Below, piece after piece: positions 57,078 through 64,000 of a stretch of 64,000 nt of DNA. The notes beneath the pieces are model-generated. The model worked only from the letters and a program-made list of their open reading frames with translations, had not been told where the DNA came from and searched no databases. A program made the translations under genes and the position numbers. This DNA comes from Cyanophora paradoxa CCMP329 (Eukaryota; Plantae; Glaucophyta): positions 62,001 through 126,000 of the forward strand of contig QPMI01000127.1 of NCBI GenBank assembly GCA_004431415.1, read 5' to 3'. Each line of letters starts with the position of its first letter. The stretch's first letter is position 1.

Positions 57078-59552
57078 CTACTTGAAGCTAAGCTGGCTCA
57101 GCTGCGACTGGAGCAGCGCGTCCAGGCTTGCCCCTGCGCCGCCCGCGCCGCCACCGTCAGAAAACAAGCGGGGAGGGAAGGGGCCGGGCCCGCACCGCCC
57201 TGTGCTGGGGCGGGGCTCCCCGCCGGCCGAGGCGGGACGGGGGACGGCGCCAGGGACGGGGAGGGGGCCGGGGAGTGCATGGGGAAGCCGCCGCCCATCA
57301 TGCCCATCGGCTGCTGCTGGAAGAACGGCTGCGCTCCGGCGGGGCCGGCGGGGGGCGGCCCAGCATGCCCGGCGGGCCCGCCATCGCCATGGGCGACATC
57401 CGCGCCTGCTGCGCCTGCTGCTGCTGCTGCGCCATCATCATCGCCGGCTGGCCCATCAGGGGCGACGCCCGCGCCGCCATCGGCTGCTGCTGCGCGTTGA
57501 GCATCTGGAGCTGCTGGAGCTGCGCGGCGCGCTGCCCGGGGCCGGCCTGGAAGGGGACCTGCACGGAGGAGGCGGTGGCGGGGATCGAGAAGGCCGCCGC
57601 CGCCGGCGCCGCGACGGCGAAGGCGCCCCAGTCCAGGGAGGCGGGGGGGGAGGGGCCCGGGGACTGCCCGGGGGGCGAGGCGGAGGGCGGGGGGTAGCTC
57701 GAGGGCGCGGGGGCCGGCAGCTTCGAGAAGTCGGCGAAGAAGTCGTCCCCCCCGGCCGAGGGGGCGCTCGAGGGGGCCGGCGAGGCCGCCGGCGGCGGCG
57801 GCGTCGGCGAGGGGGCGGGGACGCCGCCGCCCGGCCCGCCCCACTCGAACAGGTCCAACAGATCCGAGGCGCCCGCCGCCGGCCGCGCGGGTGCGGCCGG
57901 CGCGGCCGGCGCTGCTGCCCTGCTGGCCCTGCCGCCCCTGCGCCGCCGCCGCCGCCGCCGCCACCGCTGCCGATCCAGTCCACCATATCAAACAGGCCTT
58001 TCGTGTCGGCAGGGGGCTTGGGCGAGGGCGAGGGCGAGGGAGACGCCGCCGGCGCCGGCGAGGCCCGCGCGGCTGCGGCTGCCGGGCAGGTCAGGCGCTG
58101 CGGGGAGCGGGGCGGGCGGCGAGGGCCGGGCGAACCGCCGCGCGCGGAGTCGTCCGAGGGGTGGGAGAGGCCGAGGGGAGGCCCGCACGAGGGCGGGTAG
58201 GGGCGTGCGGGAGCGGACCTGCGGGCAAAGGCTCGGAGAGGGGCTACAGGGGGCGCGGGGCGGGGCGGAGCGCACGGGAAGGGACGAGGCGCCGACCTCC
58301 TTCATGACGGCCTCCAGGCGCTGCAGGACCTGGGGTACGGGATTCAGGGGCGGCTGGGGCGGGGCTGGGGTACGGGAACTCGCCTGGAAGATGTCGGGGC
58401 GGGTGGCGGGGTCGGGGTTGAGGAGGAAGCGGATGAGCTGGTTGATCGACTCGGGGTGCCGCACGAACTGAGGGGCCCTCAGGCCGGCTGGAAGGGGGTA
58501 CGGGGATGCCCGAGGGTATGCGAACCTCGGGGAACTTGTACTGCGCGTTGATGATCGCGAGGGGCCCGCGTTGTCGAACGGCTGCTGGAAGAAGACGATC
58601 GTGTACAGGATGCAGCCCAGCGCCTGTGGGGTACAACGCGTCAGGGGAAATCGTCGGTTGGCGGGGGGGAGGGGGGGACGAGGGACTGGGGAGGGGGTAC
58701 GCGCCCAGATGTCGACCTTCTCGTTGATGAGGTCCTTCCTGTAGAGGTCGCACATCTCCGGCGCCCGGTACATCATCGTCGAGAACCTGGGGGTACGAGC
58801 GCGCTCATCAGTCGGGGCCCGGGGTACGGGATCGGATGATGGGGGGGAGAATCGTGGCGGGGGTACCGCTGGATGCGGTCCTCCTCGTCGAGCATCTCCT
58901 GGCGGGTGAGGTACTTCTTGGCGCGGGTCGTGCAGCTCCCGAAGTCGCAGAGCTTGTAGTCCCCGTTCTCGTGCCGGATCACGTTCTCCACCTGCGCCCC
59001 GCGTGAGCCGAGCCGAGCGCGGGCGCGGCGGGCGGGCGGGCGGGCGAGGCCGGGCGGCGAGCCTTGAGGTCGCGGTGGGCGATGGGCGGGCTCTGGCAGT
59101 GCAGGTGCGCCACGGAGAGGCAGACCTGGTGGAAGATCTGGAGCGCCTCGCCCGGCGGGAACTTGGCCCCGTTCCGCTTCCCGATGATGTCCACGAGGTG
59201 CCCGCCTGCCGCCGGGTCGCGCGCGCGCGGCGCGGGGGGCGGCGGACCGCGCGGGGCGCACCGGAGCAGAGCTCCATGAGCATGAAGACCTCGCGCTGGT
59301 TCGGGTTCTGCTGGCTCGGCAGGATCGCCGACGCGTAGAGCCGCACGATCAGCGGGTGCGGCGGGAGCGACTTCTGCCCGCGGCGGGCGTCAGCAGAGCG
59401 GCGCGGGACGGGCCGGGCCTCGCGGCGCGCCATGACTCGGATCTCCTCCTCGGCCAGCCGCAGCGTCTCCGCGTCGTGGGCGAGCACGCGCTTCAGAGCA
59501 TACAGCTCGTTCGTCTCCCTGTCCGTCGCGATGTGCAGGATTGAGTAGCCGT
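57078..59552 (-). pseudogene. NAK kinase copy B3, lacks exon 1
   Basis: Duplicate of B2. Confidence 0.85.
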
Positions 59553-59834
59553 CTGCGCCGGGCTCGGGTACGCGGGGGCAGGCGAGGTGGCGGCGCGGCA
59601 GTGCGCGCACTAGGGCACGAATGACAGGGGCACCAGCGCGCTCAGCCGCACGGCGCCGGCCCGCACGGCTTGCACTGGGCTGGGCGGGTACGCGAATGAT
59701 TTTCTTGCCACAGGATACCCAAGCCATACAGCCGTAGACGTCGACTGCGTAGTCCCCCTCAGCCATCGAGCCGCAGCGCTTGCTTACCGCTAAGCAGCTT
59801 TTGGGCGGAGGTCACCCGGCATCTGCTGCGCCAG

Positions 59835-60547
59835 ATGGCCACGACGGATGAGTCGAAGCTGAAGGTATGTATATCAAGCTTAAGCGCGTCATGATAACTC
59901 TTCGCCAAGTGCTGCGCAATGCGGAATGCGACCGCGCGGCGGGGTTTGCGCAGGAGATGGAGGCGAAGATGGCCACCAAGAAGGATGTCGAGGTGCTTAG
60001 CGGCTTAAGCTTGCCCTCTTCGTCAGGCGCTACGCCATCTGGAATGCACATGCGACCGCGCGGCGGGGTTTGCGCAGGAGATGGAGGCGAAGATGGGGCA
60101 TGATCTCAAGGTGCTCAGCGGCTTAATTAACAAGCTTTCTCTTCGTCAAGCGCTACGCCATCCGGAACGTGACCGCGCGGTGGGGTTTGCGCAGGCGTTG
60201 GAGGCGAAGATGGCCACCAAGGACGATCTCAAGGTGCTCAGCGGCTTTCTCTTCGTCAAGCGCTACGCCATCCGGAACGTGACCGTGCGGTGGGGTTTGC
60301 GCAGGGGTTGGAGGCGAAGATGGCCACCAAGGACGATCTCAAGGTGCGTAGCGGCTTGCTCTTCGTCAACGCTACGTCATTCGGATCCGGAATGTGACCG
60401 CGCGCCTTGCAATTTGGTTTTGATATTGTGCAGGCGATGGAATCGAGGCTGAAACAGGTCCGCTCCTTGTAGTGCTGTGGGATATGCGCTCTAGATCTGA
60501 CGGGATCGTGAGGTAGGTTGTGGTGGATGCAGTTGCGCGAGCAGTAG
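59835..60547 (+). CDS. Microexon gene, copy 3
   Basis: Duplicate with a 6 nt intronic insertion. Confidence 0.6.
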
Positions 60548-61274
60548 CGCAAGAAATTGTGCGTCTTTACAATGAGTCGCACCATCTGTAGCTCTTCTTT
60601 GTCTAGATCAGACTTCGACCTCCACTGATCAAGAAGCGCTCTTTGCAGTCGACCAGAATCAAGATCGTCGAAGATGTCGCCCAGCAGGTCTGTCTCTTGT
60701 TTTTGTGATCCCATGGTTGGATTTTATGCTGTCAGTCAGGTCGAGGTCGGGTTTCTCGATTCCCTCCTAGCAACCGTCGCGCACGCCTGGAACTGCATCG
60801 CAGACAAACTGGGCCGCTCGCGCTGTAAGGAGCATCGCCTCAAAGCTCATGATCAGTAATGTGAATCGCATATGGGAAGTCATAGCCTCGATCGCCTTCA
60901 TCATCGGTCTTGCGCTGATTGCCTCTGGTCACACCAAGGCTGGCCCAATTTGCCTGTTCATATCCTCGTTCGCCTTATCCAGCAGAAAGAGCCACTGGCC
61001 AAAGCTCAAGCTCGTGTTGGTCGCTGATTCCTCCCCATCTGGCCCATCTTCAAATTCTTCCGCCCGGGTGGCACCAGCTGCAGTACCCGCCTCGCAGTAG
61101 GCGCCTAGGCCTGGAGCCTTTTTCTGTTCTCTCTTCCCCTTAAAGCCCCTAGTTTTTCCTTCGTCTTGCAGTTATCCCGACTCATTAGTCCTAGTAGCTC
61201 TTCATGACTCTTCGGTGATGTACCTCTATCAACGTAACGTCGGCATCATGATTGACTGTCCGACGGTCCCCTGC

Positions 61275-63964
61275 CTACTTGAAGCTTAGCTGGCTCAGCT
61301 GCGACTGGAGCAGCGCGTCCAGGCTTGCCCCTGCGCCGCCCGCGCCGCCACCGTCAGAAAACAAGCGGGGAGGGAAGGGGCCGGGCCCGCACCGCCCTGT
61401 GCTGGGGCGGGGCTCCCCGCCGGCCGAGGCGGGACGGGGGACGGCGCCAGGGACGGGGAGGGGGCCGGGGAGTGCATGGGGAAGCCGCCGCCCATCATGC
61501 CCATCGGCTGCTGCTGGAAGAACGGCTGCGCTCCGGCGGGGCCGGCGGGGGGCGGGCCGCCCAGCATGCCCGGCGGGCCCGCCATCGCCATGGGCGACAT
61601 CCGCGCCTGCTGCGCCTGCTGCTGCTGCTGCGCCATCATCATCGCCGGCTGGCCCATCAGGGGCGACGCCCGCGCCGCCATCGGCTGCTGCTGCGCGTTG
61701 AGCATCTGGAGCTGCTGGAGCTGCGCGGCGCGCTGCCCGGGGCCGGCCTGGAAGGGGACCTGCACGGAGGAGGCGGTGGCGGGGATCGAGAAGGCCGCCG
61801 CCGCCGGCGCCGCGACGGCGAAGGCGCCCCAGTCCAGGGAGGCGGGGGGGGAGGGGCCCGGGGACTGCCCGGGGGGCGAGGCGGAGGGCGGGGGTAGCTC
61901 GAGGGCGCGGGGGCCGGCAGCTTCGAGAAGTCGGCGAAGAAGTCGTCCCCCCGGCCGAGGGGGCGCTCGAGGGGCCGGCGAGGCCGCCGGCGGCGGCGGC
62001 GTCGGCGAGGGGCGGGGGCGCCGCCGCCCGGCCCGCCCCACTCGAACAGGTCCAACAGATCCGAGGCGCCCGCCGCCGGCCGCGCGGGTGCGGCCGGCGC
62101 GGCCGGCGCTGCTGCCCTGCTGGGCCCTGCCGCCCCTGCGCCGCCGCCGCCGCCGCCGCCACCGCTGCCGATCCAGTCCACCATATCAAACAGGCCTTTC
62201 GTGTCGGCAGGGGGCTTGGGCGAGGGCGAGTGCGAGGGAGACGCCGCCGGCGCCGGCGAGGCCCGCGCGGCTGCGGCTGCCGGGCAGGTCAGGCGCTGCG
62301 GGGAGCGGGGCCGGGCGGCGAGGGGCCGGGCGAACCGCCGCGCGCGGAGTCGTCCGAGGGGGTGGGAGAGGCCGAGGGGAGGCCCGCACGAGGGCGGGTA
62401 GGGGCGTGCGGGAGCGGACCTGCGGGCAAAGGCTCGGAGAGGGGCTACAGGGGCGCGGGGCGGGCGGAGCGCACGGGAAGGGACGAGGCGCCGACCTCCT
62501 TCATGACGGCCTCCAGGCGCTGCAGGACCTGGGGTACGGGATTCAGGGGCGGCTGGGGCGGGGCTGGGGTACGGGAACTCGCCTGGAAGATGTCGGGGCG
62601 GGTGGCGGGTCGGGGTTGAGGAGGAAGCGGATGAGCTGGTTGATCGACTCGGGTGCCGCACGAACTGAGGGGCCCTCAGGCCGGCTGGAAGGGGGTACGG
62701 GGATGCCCGAGGGGTATGCGAACCTCGGGGAACTTGTACTGCGCGTTGATGATCGCGAGGGCCCCGCGTTGTCGAACGGCTGCTGGAAGAAGACGATCGT
62801 GTACAGGATGCAGCCCAGCGCCTGTGGGGTACAACGCGTCAGGGGAAATCGTCGGTTGGCGGGGGGGGAGGGGGGGGGACGAGGGACTGGGGAGGGGGTA
62901 CGCGCCCAGATGTCGACCTTCTCGTTGATGAGGTCCTTCCTGTAGAGGTCGCACATCTCCGGCGCCCGGTACATCATCGTCGAGAACCTGGGGGTACGAG
63001 CGCGCTCATCAGTCGGGGCCCGGGGGTACGGGATCGGATGATGGGGGGGAGAATCGTGGCGGGGGTACCGCTGGATGCGGTCCTCCTCGTCGAGCATCTC
63101 CTGGCGGGTGAGGTACTTCTTGGCGCGGGTCGTGCAGCTCCCGAAGTCGCAGAGCTTGTAGTCCCCGTTCTCGTGCCGGATCACGTTCTCCACCTGCGCC
63201 CCGCGTGAGCCGAGCCGAGCGCGGGCGCGGCGGGCGGGCGGGCGGGCGAGGCCGGGCGGCGAGCCTTGAGGTCGCGGTGGGCGATGGGCGGGCTCTGGCA
63301 GTGCAGGTGCGCCACGGAGAGGCAGACCTGGTGGAAGATCTGGAGCGCCTCGCCCGGCGGGAACTTGGCCCCGTTCCGCTTCCCGATGATGTCCACGAGG
63401 TGCCCGCCTGCCGCCGGGTCTCGCGCGCGCGGCGCGGGGGGCGGCGGACCGCGCGGGGCGCACCGGAGCAGAGTTCCATGAGCATGAAGACCTCGCGCTG
63501 GTTCGGGTTCTGCTGGCTCGGCAGGATCGCCGACGCGTAGAGCCGCACGATCAGCGGGTGCGGCGGGAGGGACTTCTGCTCGCGGCGGGCGTCAGCAGAG
63601 CGGCGCGGGACGGGCCGGGCTTCGCGGCGCGCCATGACTCGAATCTCCTCCTCGGCCAGCCGCAGCGTCTCCGCGTCGTGGGCGAGCACGCGCTTCAGCG
63701 CATACAGCTCGTTCGTCTCCATGTCCGTCGCGATGTACACGAATGAGTAGCCGCCTGCGCGGGGCTCGGCGGGACGCGCGGGCGGGCGAGGGGGCGGGAG
63801 GGCGGACCTTCAGCAAGCAGCCTCGTGACTCGCACCTTGTACCGCTCGATCTGAACCGGCCTCTCCAGCTCCGCCCGGACGCGAGCCACTGCAGCCTTTC
63901 CGTGCGACAGGGCGTGCGAGGCGCCCTTCTGCGCAATCTCCGCGCCTCGCTCCGCAAGGGCCAT
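61275..63964 (-). CDS. Numb-associated kinase family (AAK1/GAK/Ark1-like) Ser/Thr kinase, complete multi-exon copy
   Basis: LLAEGGYSFVY, YALKR, PPIAHRDLKVEN, KLCDFGS, TMMYRAPEM.DLY...INEKVDIWALGC; Pro/Gln-rich tail. Confidence 0.92.
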
Positions 63965-64000
63965 GCCCTTATTGGCGAGCCCCTTGGCCGCGCTCAGCGC

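Larger units (their letters stand above)
48646..63760. repeat. Tandem array B, ~4.2 kb unit (starts 48646, 52875, 57078, 61275)
   Basis: Near-identical recurrence of the kinase plus a 1.7 kb lower-GC segment. Confidence 0.95.

Noticed and set aside
36371-64000. Frameshifts differing between tandem copies
   Set aside because: Nearly all sit in G/C homopolymers and are likely long-read errors; not used as pseudogene evidence.

Overview
GC-rich eukaryotic nuclear DNA from a photosynthetic protist. Short GT-AG and frequent GC-AG introns plus a plastid transit peptide starting MAF suggest a glaucophyte or red-lineage alga (inference). The window has two parts. (1) Positions 1-~36370 are a shattered endogenous giant-virus (Nucleocytoviricota) region: dozens of 0.2-1.3 kb gene pieces butt-joined on both strands. 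They include VLTF3, a D5-type primase-helicase split into two in-frame halves 6.1 kb apart, a peptidase S74 chaperone, fibre-like and Gly-rich proteins, two SET proteins, JAB, a Zn-finger PD-(D/E)xK nuclease, dNK, TspO, GT25 and an IS630-like transposase. Intron-bearing host-type fragments are interleaved, along with a spacer-less ~310 bp palindrome and a ~190 bp terminal-inverted-repeat element present in about 3.5 copies. (2) Positions ~36370-64000 are host genes in two adjacent tandem arrays. A ~5.55 kb unit holds an F-box gene and a PAO/Tic55-like Rieske 5' half fused within an intron to a NAK kinase 3' half. A ~4.2 kb unit holds a 5'-truncated NAK kinase and a hidden microexon gene. The array ends in one complete NAK kinase. 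All family calls come from motif recognition by eye; no searches were run. G/C homopolymer indels make frameshift calls unreliable.
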